Shown: one piece after another, positions 23,898 to 33,311 of the stretch
How positions within the stretch are numbered: position 1 is the stretch's first letter
Layout: every line of letters begins with the position of its first letter
Source of the DNA: an uncultured Gemmatimonadales bacterium
GTDB taxonomy: Bacteria > Gemmatimonadota > Gemmatimonadetes > Gemmatimonadales > GWC2-71-9
Length of the DNA stretch: 64,000 nt
Assembly (NCBI GenBank): GCA_963798915.1
Contig: CAWCVB010000002.1
Location: forward strand, 160,001 to 224,000
Direction of reading: 5' to 3'
Position numbers and translations under genes: made by a program
Notes under the pieces: generated by a model
Database searches by the model: none
Told to the model about the DNA's origin: nothing
The model's input: the letters and a program-made list of their open reading frames with translations, nothing else

Positions 23898-24089
23898 TCA
23901 CGGGTCAGGGTGAGTGGCGGTTCTGCGGTCGCAGGGCATCGGTGTAATCTGCGCCATCGGTGGACTCCAGGCACCATCGCCAGGAACGGCCTGCGAGCAC
24001 AAGCGCCGCAGCAGACGGCGGAGCAATCGCAACAGGCGAGCCCCGACAGAGGACAACAAAGCCGTGCTCTCCATCGGTTCCGCGTTCAT
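23898..24089 (-). CDS. Small hypothetical protein upstream of the AhpD-like gene
   Basis: GGAGAGG RBS before the ATG, 12-bp gap to the next gene; no recognisable motif. Confidence 0.35.
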   Translation of the reverse strand: MNAEPMESTALLSSVGARLLRLLRRLLRRLCSQAVPGDGAWSPPMAQITPMPCDRRTATHPDP

Positions 24090-24189
24090 TGCCCTCTCCC
24101 AGTCAAGGACGTGTCGCCACCGTCCACAATCTGGGATATAGTGGACCCGTCACATAGAGCCATTTATGGTATCTTGACTGGACCACTTA

Positions 24190-24295
24190 ATGCCCGCCGA
24201 TCTACGTTGTCGGGGCTGCGACAGGGTTCTGCTGCGGTGGATCCGACGGAGATCAAGCGGGGAGTCCGGGCACTGGCGGTGTGCTGGGCGGGTGA
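24190..24295 (+). pseudogene. Probable remnant of a MocR/GabR family regulator (internal deletion)
   Basis: Translates as GLRQGSAAVDPTEIKRGVRALAV, resembling MocR C-termini; divergent from an AhpD-like gene; TGGAC/TGGTAT boxes upstream. Confidence 0.5.
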
Positions 24296-24323
24296 TGCCG
24301 AAGGCGCAGTGCGTGACTTCGTC

Positions 24324-24869
24324 TCAGCGCTCGCGCTGGCGGTCTACCGACTCCACGCGGCGCCATGCCTCTGACCAGTCAATGACGGGCGCCACGTCGT
24401 CGTCGGCGGAAGCAAGACTGGCGCGTGCGCGCTGGATCACCGCGTCACCATCAGGCAGCGACCGCCCAAAATCCAGCTCCGCCTGGCGGCAGAGGCGCTC
24501 CTCCCGCGGGCGGCGGTCGGCGACGTTCGTTCTGAGCCGGGCCGCCACCCGTGCATGGGTGGCCTCATGCACGATGGACGCAGCCACTTCGGCCGGCGTG
24601 AAGTCGCGATTGACCACGAAGGTGAGTTCGCTGAGGCAGGCTCGCTCGCCCGGGAAGTAGGCGCCCCGGCAGGGGAAGCGACGCACCACGATCTGGCTGA
24701 AATCCTGCCGCATGCGGCGGAGCCGGCGCGGTGCGTGCCGGGCGATGAGCCCGAGCGCCTCGTTCAGCCTGGCAAAGACATCGTCGGTGGCGATACCGGG
24801 TTCGGTATTGTGGACTATGACCGGAATGCCGTAGCAGGAACCGGTGGAGACTCTCGGGTTGACGCTCAT
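24324..24869 (-). CDS. Hypothetical protein with HExxH motif
   Basis: IVHEATH followed by EE; plausible composition. Confidence 0.7.
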   Translation of the reverse strand: MSVNPRVSTGSCYGIPVIVHNTEPGIATDDVFARLNEALGLIARHAPRRLRRMRQDFSQIVVRRFPCRGAYFPGERACLSELTFVVNRDFTPAEVAASIVHEATHARVAARLRTNVADRRPREERLCRQAELDFGRSLPDGDAVIQRARASLASADDDVAPVIDWSEAWRRVESVDRQRER

Positions 24870-24911
24870 GCCTTCTGGTCCTCGTTGCCGTGCCGCTCGA
24901 TTGCCTGGACA

Positions 24912-24987
24912 GCTTCAGGGCGACGCTTGCTTCAGGGCGACGCTTGCGTCCGCCCTACTCTCAGGGCGACGCAAGCGTCGCCCCTAC
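24912..24987. repeat. Cluster of GTAG-type REP units (GGGCGACGCAAGCGTCGCCCCTAC and truncated copies)
   Basis: Three TCAGGGCGACGC starts; terminal hairpin ends in CTAC. Confidence 0.8.
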
Positions 24988-25012
24988 CTGTCGTTCCGTC
25001 CTGCCCGCCCTG

Positions 25013-26686
25013 TCATCGCACGTGCATCACCGTCATCATGCCGGCACCAAGATGCTCGGCGATGTGGCAATGCAGCATCCAGTCGCCGGGATTGGACGCG
25101 TCGATCAGGAGATCCACCGTCGCGCCCACCGGAATCAGGGCGGTGTCCTTCCAGACCAGGTTGCGCGTGGGCACGCCGTCACGCGCGATGACCAGCATGC
25201 GCTGGCCGTGCAGGTGTATCGGGTGCTGCATCGGATGAAACGACTTCGGATCGTTGAAGATCCGCAGCTTCACCACGGCACCCCGCTTCACCTGCCAGTC
25301 GATGTCGCCGTTTTCCTTGCCGCTGGCGTTGTCGCGCAGGATCCATCGGACCTGTCCGGTGGTCGCAAGCCAGTTCATGTCCGGCATGCCGTCCACCCAC
25401 TCGACCGGCGCATAGTAGGCGGTGTCGATGGTCATGAACTGCACGGTGGCAAGCGGGAGGCTACTGGTCCGGACCGTGAGCGTGAGGGTCTTGTCGGGCG
25501 GCTTGTCGAAATACGGCCGGTAGCGGTCGATGTCACGTGAGACGCCGTCGTAGCGGCGCAACGTGGCGAACTGGGTTCCGAGGTCCGGCCTGGCCGCGGC
25601 CGGATCCACGGTGACGATGCCGAGGGTATCGACTTCAGGCTCAAACTCACCGCGAAAATGATTGATGGCCTGCACCTTGTTGACCATGGCATACTGCCCC
25701 GCCGAGTCGAAGTGGACTTCCACGATATAGCGCTCGGCCGGCGCCAGCACCACGCTGGGCACGAATTCCTCGTGCTCGAAGCGGCTCACGTCGGAGGCCA
25801 GCACCTTGATGCGGGCGCCGCTGAACGAGACGTTCCAGGTGCGCGAGCTCGCGACGTTGGTGAGATAGAAGCGCACCACCTCGCCCCGGTGCACCTGCAG
25901 GCGATACTCGGGCTCGCCATTGACCAGCAGGAGATTCCCCACCCGGCCCATCAGCGTGAAATCTGCCATCTCCTTGCCGAACGGGATCAGGGTGTCGGCC
26001 TGCATCAGCAGGTCGCCCAGCGTCAGCACCTGCTCCTGGTTGGCGGGCGAGTAGTAGTTCCGCTCCGGCGCGTCGACCAGCATGTTGCCGAAGAGTCCCA
26101 TCGCCTGCTCGATATCCTCGCGCACGTGCGGGTGGTACCAGTAGATGCCTGCGTCGGGAAAGTGTACGGTGTAGGTAAAGTCGCCGCCGGCGGCGACGGG
26201 TTCCTGGGTGATCCCCACGGCGCCATCCGATGCGTTGTCCAGCCGGACGCCGTGCCAGTGGACGCTGCTCGGCAGGTCGATGCGATTGTGGAACCGCACA
26301 GTGATGGTGGCATTCTGGGGTACGCGGATCAGCGGGCCGGGCAGCTGTCCGTTGAAACCGTACATGGCGTAGGCATGACCCTTGATCGTGTGTCGCACCA
26401 GCGCGGACGTGAGGTCCAGCGTGTCGCCGTCGCGAAGCGGCGTAATCCGGGCCGGAGTGGCTTCCGGCAGGGTGCCGGGATCCACGCCTGCGCCCGGCAG
26501 GAATTCGGAAACCGGCGGCAGCAGGCCGACCAGGCCCGGCATCATCTTCATGCCGGCCGGCATGGGGATGGGCATCGCCATCGAGTCCATCGCCATGTGT
26601 TCCATGTGCGACGTGGGCTGCTGGGCGAGCAGGGCGCCGGTGGGCACGAGCCACGTGATCGCGGCGAGCGCGAGCGCCGGCTTCAC
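25013..26686 (-). CDS. Multicopper oxidase with Met-rich N-terminus
   Basis: HWHG, WYHPH, HPIHLHG and HCHIAEH..M copper motifs; GTG start overlaps the upstream TGA. Confidence 0.93.
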   Translation of the reverse strand: MKPALALAAITWLVPTGALLAQQPTSHMEHMAMDSMAMPIPMPAGMKMMPGLVGLLPPVSEFLPGAGVDPGTLPEATPARITPLRDGDTLDLTSALVRHTIKGHAYAMYGFNGQLPGPLIRVPQNATITVRFHNRIDLPSSVHWHGVRLDNASDGAVGITQEPVAAGGDFTYTVHFPDAGIYWYHPHVREDIEQAMGLFGNMLVDAPERNYYSPANQEQVLTLGDLLMQADTLIPFGKEMADFTLMGRVGNLLLVNGEPEYRLQVHRGEVVRFYLTNVASSRTWNVSFSGARIKVLASDVSRFEHEEFVPSVVLAPAERYIVEVHFDSAGQYAMVNKVQAINHFRGEFEPEVDTLGIVTVDPAAARPDLGTQFATLRRYDGVSRDIDRYRPYFDKPPDKTLTLTVRTSSLPLATVQFMTIDTAYYAPVEWVDGMPDMNWLATTGQVRWILRDNASGKENGDIDWQVKRGAVVKLRIFNDPKSFHPMQHPIHLHGQRMLVIARDGVPTRNLVWKDTALIPVGATVDLLIDASNPGDWMLHCHIAEHLGAGMMTVMHVR

Positions 26687-27153
26687 TGCGAGATGCCGCG
26701 GAAGAGCGGATGGGTCAGGAACGATTGCAGCCAGCCGCTGGGTGAATGCCCGTGCAGGATGGTCGGTCCGGCGTGCACGGTGTCGGCCGAGTCGGCCTCC
26801 GCCGTGATAACGAACAGGAACTTGTTCATTTCGGCCGGGCCCACCGTCGCGCGGCCATTGGTGATGGTGCCAAGCCGCTTCCAGACTGAGAGGTCGGTCG
26901 CCACTTCCCACGCGACGTAGGCGGTGTAGTTGCCCAGACTGGACGGGGCGGGGAGCTTGCTGGCGGTGACCTGGATATCGTAGCGTGCGTGGCCGTCGGC
27001 GGTCACGGCCACGCCGAAGGGAGAAGCTGCATAGACCAGCCGGGCCTCTCCCTCCACCGCCGGGGCCCTGGCGGTGGAAAACAGCTTGATGTCATAGGGC
27101 CCCGATGGTGGCACGGCCAGCAGCGCGCCGGCCACCAGCAGGGTCAATCGCAT
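26683..27153 (-). CDS. Small secreted hypothetical protein in the oxidase operon
   Basis: Signal peptide MRLTLLVAG; YVAW..LG..ITAE beta-rich pattern; tightly coupled to both neighbours. Confidence 0.75.
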   Translation of the reverse strand: MRLTLLVAGALLAVPPSGPYDIKLFSTARAPAVEGEARLVYAASPFGVAVTADGHARYDIQVTASKLPAPSSLGNYTAYVAWEVATDLSVWKRLGTITNGRATVGPAEMNKFLFVITAEADSADTVHAGPTILHGHSPSGWLQSFLTHPLFRGISQ

Positions 27154-27158
27154 TCCAC

Positions 27159-28535
27159 TCACTGGCCCGCCGCACCTCCGGCCGCAGCCACGGGACCGTG
27201 GTCCCAGTCCTGCACGCTCGAGATGTTGGGCATGCCGTAATCCTTGCCATTCCATCCATCGAAGCCGGCGAGTTTGAAGAGCCAGAGCCCGCTGCGCATG
27301 TCGGACAGCACGATCAGCCCGTCGCGGTTGCGCACGTCCACGCCGAACGCGCCCTGCTCCACACTGTGGGTGCTCTCCCAGCCGACGTTGGGGCCACCGC
27401 CGAAGCCATGCTCATGGGTGCAGCCGCAGGTGTAATACCAGCCATCGGTCTTCGGGTTCTTGGGATCTTTCAAGTCGAACACCTGGAAGCCGTCTTCGTA
27501 CGCCGAGACGAAGACGTAGGGCCAGCGCACCTCGTGGTTATGCGAGAGGTCGCGCCAGTCGGCGGTCCAGCCACTGATGGGGGTATCGAGGTTCTGGGTC
27601 GAGTCCGCCTGGGCCGGTGAAAGGTCCCAGATGCGCAGCGGCGTGTACTGGTATTCCGTCTCGGTGACGGCGTAGTGCCCATCGGGTGAGGGCGTGAAGG
27701 TATGTGCGATGTCGAAGCCGAGACCGGTGACGGTGAAGAGCTGAGTGGGCGCTTCGGGATGGGTCACGTCCCACACCGAGTAACCGCCGAGGCCCGCGCC
27801 ATAGAACTTGTCCTGATGGGTGCCCGGATCGTAGCCCACGTAGAAGTCGTGGTAGCCGCCTGCCCCGATCTGGCGGAAGGGCGTCGGGTTGGGGACGTTG
27901 CCGACCAGCCACCCGGCGGAATTGGTGTCGCTGACCACCTTGCCGAGGTCATAGACCAGGGCATGGGTCTCGCCCACCGTCGCGAAGAGCAGTGCCCGGC
28001 CGTCGGAATGCTTGTAGGTGAAGATGTTGTGGAACCCGCCTGGCGCCGCCGGATAGCGGATGCGCGCCACCACCTTGACCTTGCTCGAATCGGGCAGGCC
28101 GGTCACGTCGAAAATGATGGCACCCAGGTCGGTGTCGGGCCCGCCCTGGCTGAATTGAAAGGACTGCACGTAGTAGTACTTCGGCCCGATCTTGAAGTAC
28201 TTGCCGTCCATCGCGCCGATGCCGCGGTGCAGCTCGGGATTCTCGATGGTCCAGTCGAACACTTTCTTCGGATGCGCCATGTCGCGCACATCGTAGATCT
28301 GAGCGTCGAAATTGGTGAAGCCAGACACATAGACGTAGGGGCGGTTGGCGTCCTGCTCCATCTCGATGTCGGAAGCCTTCCAGGCACCCGGATGGGTGAC
28401 GACATGGCTGAGCATGGTCACGCTCTTGCTGCCACCCTGCTTCTGGTCGAAGCGCGGGACGGTCATCCCGGGGTCCTGCGCCTGCGCCACCGACACGGCA
28501 CCGAACAGTGCCACTACAACGAGCGACCGGTACAT
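27159..28535 (-). CDS. Secreted LVIVD-repeat beta-propeller protein
   Basis: Signal peptide; repeated (I/V)(Y/F/W)D(V/L)..P blades; SAYEDG, GAFGVD, SD..SGL; GGAGG RBS. Confidence 0.8.
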   Translation of the reverse strand: MYRSLVVVALFGAVSVAQAQDPGMTVPRFDQKQGGSKSVTMLSHVVTHPGAWKASDIEMEQDANRPYVYVSGFTNFDAQIYDVRDMAHPKKVFDWTIENPELHRGIGAMDGKYFKIGPKYYYVQSFQFSQGGPDTDLGAIIFDVTGLPDSSKVKVVARIRYPAAPGGFHNIFTYKHSDGRALLFATVGETHALVYDLGKVVSDTNSAGWLVGNVPNPTPFRQIGAGGYHDFYVGYDPGTHQDKFYGAGLGGYSVWDVTHPEAPTQLFTVTGLGFDIAHTFTPSPDGHYAVTETEYQYTPLRIWDLSPAQADSTQNLDTPISGWTADWRDLSHNHEVRWPYVFVSAYEDGFQVFDLKDPKNPKTDGWYYTCGCTHEHGFGGGPNVGWESTHSVEQGAFGVDVRNRDGLIVLSDMRSGLWLFKLAGFDGWNGKDYGMPNISSVQDWDHGPVAAAGGAAGQ

Positions 28536-28612
28536 CGAGCCTCCTCAGGTGGGTGTCCGCGGCCTCCGGGGAAACCGCGCTCTCTACAATAACGGGGACA
28601 CGGCTTGGCTTG

Positions 28613-29182
28613 CTATTGCGGCACCGTCCGGCGCGCGTGCCGGTAACTTGGCATGGGCCCGGAGTAACCGGGCAGCCGTCGCAGGATGGCGATTTCTTCC
28701 GCCCCCGCGAGTAGCTGCAAGGCGCAGAGAATGCGGAGCGGCACCGCGCTGCCGCCCAGCAACGTCACCGGCAGGGCCAGGCTCATCGCGACCGCGAGTG
28801 CCTTGGATGCCCAGGTGTGGAAGCCGGGGATCCGCCGGTAGCGCAGCAGGGACCAGGCGACGGGAGCGAAGTACGCCGCTGCGGCGAGTGCCAGCCAGGC
28901 CGCCTCGCGCCGCATGAGTGCCGGCCAGAGCATGACCAATCCTGGGATCAGGGTCAGGACCAGGACGTAGTCACCAAGGCTGTCCAGGAGGCGGCCCAGG
29001 TCGGACGTGACGCCGAAGTGCCGGGCAAGGAACCCATCCAGGGCGTCGGTGAGCAGGGCGCCAGCCAGCAGTACGAGAAACAGGCCGCGGCGATGCAGCA
29101 GCGCCGCGGGCAGAAGCGCGGCGGCCAGCGCGATCCTGAGCAGGCTCAGCGCATTGGGAAGCCGGTGCCAACGGGAGGTCAT
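28613..29182 (-). CDS. CDP-alcohol phosphatidyltransferase
   Basis: PNALS..R; DALDGFLAR..SDLG..LD..D signature. Confidence 0.9.
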   Translation of the reverse strand: MTSRWHRLPNALSLLRIALAAALLPAALLHRRGLFLVLLAGALLTDALDGFLARHFGVTSDLGRLLDSLGDYVLVLTLIPGLVMLWPALMRREAAWLALAAAAYFAPVAWSLLRYRRIPGFHTWASKALAVAMSLALPVTLLGGSAVPLRILCALQLLAGAEEIAILRRLPGYSGPMPSYRHARRTVPQ

Positions 29183-29280
29183 AGGACAGGATTGTACGCC
29201 CTTGGCGGGCGGCCGGCCAGCGCCAGCCGCCTTGGCGTGTCTCTTGCCTTTGAGCCGCACGACCCTGGAAAGGTTGCTCA

Positions 29281-29925
29281 ATGCCAAGCCGTAACCCGGG
29301 CTCCCGTGCGAGCCTCCCCGTGTATGCCGCACTTTGCGCTGTCCTGGTCCTGTCCGCCTGTGCCGCGCACTATGTCCAGGTGGCGCCGCGCATGGACCTC
29401 GGACCCTATGGCCGGATTGCACTGGTGACGTTTCGCACCGGCGACGCGGACTCGAGCATCGCCACCCTGGCGACGCGCCGGTTTGCCGAGGCGGTGCTCG
29501 ATGGCCAGGGTGGCATCGAGGTCCTGGAGTTGAATGGAGCGGACACGGCGCTGCGAGCCATGCTCACTCGTGGTGATGCAGCGGCGGTGGCGCAGGCGCT
29601 CGGACGCGACAAGGAGATTCCCGCCGTCTTTCTTGGCACGCTGACCGTGACCGATGCCAAGCCCAGCGGTCACATCAGCACCACCGGACTGAACGTGCGC
29701 ACCACCGTCTCGGCGGAACTGAGCGTGCAGCTGCTCTCGACCAGCACCGGCGGCACCATGTGGCGCTCCAGCGCCCGGGCGGACGGCACAGTGGGACGGG
29801 CCAGCCTGATCGGGCGGAGACCGTCGATTTCCATGCGCAGCGAGGATGAGGCGTACGGCCAGGTGGTGGATCAGCTCGTGGCCAATGTGACGCGGGACTT
29901 CCGGCCGACACTGGTGAAGCAGTAG
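29281..29925 (+). CDS. Hypothetical lipoprotein (CsgG/LpoB-like alpha/beta fold possible)
   Basis: Lipobox LSAC; IALVTF...TGGTMWR pattern. Confidence 0.75.
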   Translation: MPSRNPGSRASLPVYAALCAVLVLSACAAHYVQVAPRMDLGPYGRIALVTFRTGDADSSIATLATRRFAEAVLDGQGGIEVLELNGADTALRAMLTRGDAAAVAQALGRDKEIPAVFLGTLTVTDAKPSGHISTTGLNVRTTVSAELSVQLLSTSTGGTMWRSSARADGTVGRASLIGRRPSISMRSEDEAYGQVVDQLVANVTRDFRPTLVKQ

Positions 29926-30010
29926 GGGTCGCGGGTCGTGGGTCGTGGGTCGTGGGTCGTGGGTCGTGGGTCAAGGGTCGCGTAGAGGGCGGCCCGCGGG
30001 CCGCCCGTAC
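29925..30010. repeat. Heptamer repeat (GGGTCGT) x~7 followed by a REP of the RAYT-flanking family
   Basis: GGGCGGCCCGCGGGCCGCCCGTAC at 29987-30010. Confidence 0.85.
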
Positions 30011-30072
30011 GAGGAGGGAGCCCTATCGCCACCCCAGCGGTTTGCACCGGGGTGACGTACGGGCAAGCTTCG

Positions 30073-30101
30073 GCCCGCCCATCCCGCCCATCCCGCCCAT
30101 C
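30073..30101. repeat. Nonamer repeat (CCCGCCCAT) x3
   Basis: Read directly from the sequence. Confidence 0.75.
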
Positions 30102-30104
30102 TTG

Positions 30105-30686
<582 letters not shown>

Positions 30687-30711
30687 GCGCTAAAGAGTAA
30701 GGACTGGAGGC

Positions 30712-30757
30712 CGAAACCTGAAAGCTGAAAGCTGAAAGCCGGAGCTGAGAGCTGAGC
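30712..30757. repeat. Heptamer repeat (GAAAGCT-like)
   Basis: gaaacctgaaagctgaaagctgaaagccggagctgagagctgag. Confidence 0.7.
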
Positions 30758-30795
30758 GAGTGCAGCACTTGACTCTTAGCTCCTGGCTTCGGTTT

Positions 30796-32667
30796 TCAGT
30801 TCTTCTTGCTTCCGAAGAGCGCCTTCACGCCCTTGACGAGACTGTGGGCCGCATTACCGGCGGCGGCGGTTCCCCCCGCCGTGAGGTCCGGAAACGACAC
30901 GGCATGCTGCCGCAGCGAGCGCACCTGGCGACTCGGGAGAATCTCCAATTCTTCGAGTGCCAGGTCCCAGGTCCATGAAGTCCCAAGTGCCGTCTTGCCG
31001 ACCTCGAATCGGGTGACGGTGAAGGTGGCGGTGCGGCTTCCGCCCGGTGCCACCACAAATTGTGGATCCGCCGCGGACGACGTCACGAGTCCGATGCCGC
31101 GAAAGCTGACATCATGGGTGCCGGCGCGCCCGAAGTAGTAGCGGTTGCCGAGGTTATCCACCGCGCCGCTGGAGGCGGAAGTGTAACCCAGGTGCAGGGG
31201 CACGGAGGATGCGTTGGTGATCTTCATCGTGAGCTGAAGTACATGGTGACGTCCAGCCCGGCTGGGCACGAGATTCACCACTTCGGCGGTGAAGGGCCCG
31301 GAGGCGACGCAGTGGACTCGCTCGGCACAGGAGGCACCAGGCTCGCCGGCTGGATCGCCCGGCGACGTGGGCGCTGCACTGCTCGCCGCGACGGCCTGTG
31401 CGCCGCTTGGGGTGAACCCGCGGTACTGCAGGGTGTACTCGCGGCCGAGCTGCCACTGGGTTCCCGGCAGCGTTTCCAGTTCGCGCAGCGCCAGGTCCAG
31501 GTCATAGATCGTTCCGTAGATTGCGCCGGAAGTGGGGCGCCAGAGGAACTCGAGCCGAGCATCCGCCGATTCTCCGGCTGGCAGGGTGAACTTCGGATCC
31601 ACCCGATTGCCCGTGATCTCGCCGATTCCGCGCACGGCCCCCGCTCCGTAGACGACGTAGCGATTGCCCCGGTCGTCGGTAACGACGCCGGAGTTCTGGA
31701 CGTACGCCAGCGTGAGCGGCTGGTCCAGCCGGTTTCGAATACGTAGCGTGACCGCTACCAGGCGGTCGCGGCCGCTTACGCTGGTCCGGACGTCGCTGAT
31801 GGTGGCAGCAAACGTGGTACCCTCGTCACACATGGGGGTGCCTTGGCAGCCCGGCGCCTGACGTGGCGCCGCACTTGCCCGCACGGTGCCAGTGCCAGTG
31901 CCCGTGCCAGCGCAGCGTCTGAGAGGAACATCTGCGATCGGGAAGCGCTGCTTGAGCGATGGCTGCATGTCGTCGAGAATCCTCAGTGCCCCACGCTTCT
32001 CGCCGTCATTGAACTGCACCAGGAATGGGTATCCCTGAGCGGAATTTGAACTTCGGGTGTACTCCGGCATCGAGACGAACTGGATGCCGTCGTAATCCTG
32101 CCCGTAATACGAATGGGTGAAGTCGAGGTCGCGGAAGACCGCGGAGTCGCGACCGTTGATCAGCGTCATCCGGTCCACGCCGAGGCGAAGCCGCACCGGC
32201 GAGGTGCAGGCAGCCGCGGCCACCACATAATCTCCGCGCCATTCGGCCTCCACCTGCTTGCCCTGCGCCCGCGCCTGGCTCGCGACCAGCAGCACCACGA
32301 TGCCCAGACCCACCGACCGAACCCCCAGCGCTCCGTGGCCGACTTCGCCAGTCGTGGGCCGGCCGCCAAGCGATGCGACATACTGATTGAAGGTGGTCTC
32401 GATGGTGGCCGCGTTCTTCCGCGAGCGCTTGAGCGCCCAGATCCCGAAGACAAGCAGCGGAATGCCGATGAACGCCATGATGATGAGCAGGCAGCAGAGG
32501 GACCCGGTCACGATACCCCAGATGCCGAACCACTTGAGTGGCTTGTACGGCGCGGACAGCTGGTCCCTGGCCGCGAGCAGCACGTCCGGGTCGGTCGAGC
32601 CGCTTGCCTTGAGGTGGCCGCGGACCTGCTCGGGCGTGATCAGGCTGAAGCGGGGCTGCGAGTACAT
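30796..32667 (-). CDS. Hypothetical membrane protein with two tandem Ig-like domains
   Basis: GGAGG RBS; N-terminal TM hairpin, internal signal-like segment, duplicated D..GNRY..RGIG..DP.F domain. Confidence 0.75.
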   Translation of the reverse strand: MYSQPRFSLITPEQVRGHLKASGSTDPDVLLAARDQLSAPYKPLKWFGIWGIVTGSLCCLLIIMAFIGIPLLVFGIWALKRSRKNAATIETTFNQYVASLGGRPTTGEVGHGALGVRSVGLGIVVLLVASQARAQGKQVEAEWRGDYVVAAAACTSPVRLRLGVDRMTLINGRDSAVFRDLDFTHSYYGQDYDGIQFVSMPEYTRSSNSAQGYPFLVQFNDGEKRGALRILDDMQPSLKQRFPIADVPLRRCAGTGTGTGTVRASAAPRQAPGCQGTPMCDEGTTFAATISDVRTSVSGRDRLVAVTLRIRNRLDQPLTLAYVQNSGVVTDDRGNRYVVYGAGAVRGIGEITGNRVDPKFTLPAGESADARLEFLWRPTSGAIYGTIYDLDLALRELETLPGTQWQLGREYTLQYRGFTPSGAQAVAASSAAPTSPGDPAGEPGASCAERVHCVASGPFTAEVVNLVPSRAGRHHVLQLTMKITNASSVPLHLGYTSASSGAVDNLGNRYYFGRAGTHDVSFRGIGLVTSSAADPQFVVAPGGSRTATFTVTRFEVGKTALGTSWTWDLALEELEILPSRQVRSLRQHAVSFPDLTAGGTAAAGNAAHSLVKGVKALFGSKKN

Positions 32668-32759
32668 GGGACCTCCGGAAGGCGGGTGGCCTGGCCAGCT
32701 GTCGACCAGGAAGGTGTCATCCGCCTTGCGCGAAAAGCGACCCGGAGCTATCAGGAGTT

Positions 32760-33311
32760 GTGGACACGCCCCCTGATGAGGTACGCCGGGCGGAGCTGGA
32801 CCGGGTGTTCAGCGCTGCCTACGAGGAACTGCGCCGCCTCGCGTCGGCCGTGCGGCGTGACGACCCGTCGGCGACGCTGACGCCGACCGCGCTCGTCAAT
32901 GAGGCATGGCTCAAGCTCTCCGCTACTCCCGCCGCCGCCGACACCTCACCGCTTCATTTTCGGCGCATTGCAGCCCGGGCCATGCGCCAGGTGCTGGTCG
33001 AGGCAGCGCGGCGCCGCAACGCGGCGAAGCGCGGCGGCGGCGAGGCGGCCGTGACGCTTGAGGAGTCGCTCGATGGCAGCGCCCCCGCCAGCATCGACCT
33101 GCTGGCGCTGGATGAGGCGCTGTGCCGGCTCTCGGCCCTGAGCCCCAGGCAGGCGGCGCTGGTCGAGCGGCGGTTTTTCGGGGGGTTCGAGATGGATGAG
33201 GTCGCCCAATCTCTGGAAATCTCGGTCGCGACGGCGTTTCGCGAATGGCGGGCTGCGCGTGCCTGGCTCAGCCGGGAACTGGGACGCGATGGCCAAGGCT
33301 GCCAGCCATGA
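32760..33311 (+). CDS. ECF-type sigma factor (kinase-associated, TIGR02999-like)
   Basis: YEELRRLA, TLTPTALVNEAWLKL, ARAMRQVLV..ARRR.A.KRGG, REW..ARAWL. Confidence 0.92.
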   Translation: MDTPPDEVRRAELDRVFSAAYEELRRLASAVRRDDPSATLTPTALVNEAWLKLSATPAAADTSPLHFRRIAARAMRQVLVEAARRRNAAKRGGGEAAVTLEESLDGSAPASIDLLALDEALCRLSALSPRQAALVERRFFGGFEMDEVAQSLEISVATAFREWRAARAWLSRELGRDGQGCQP

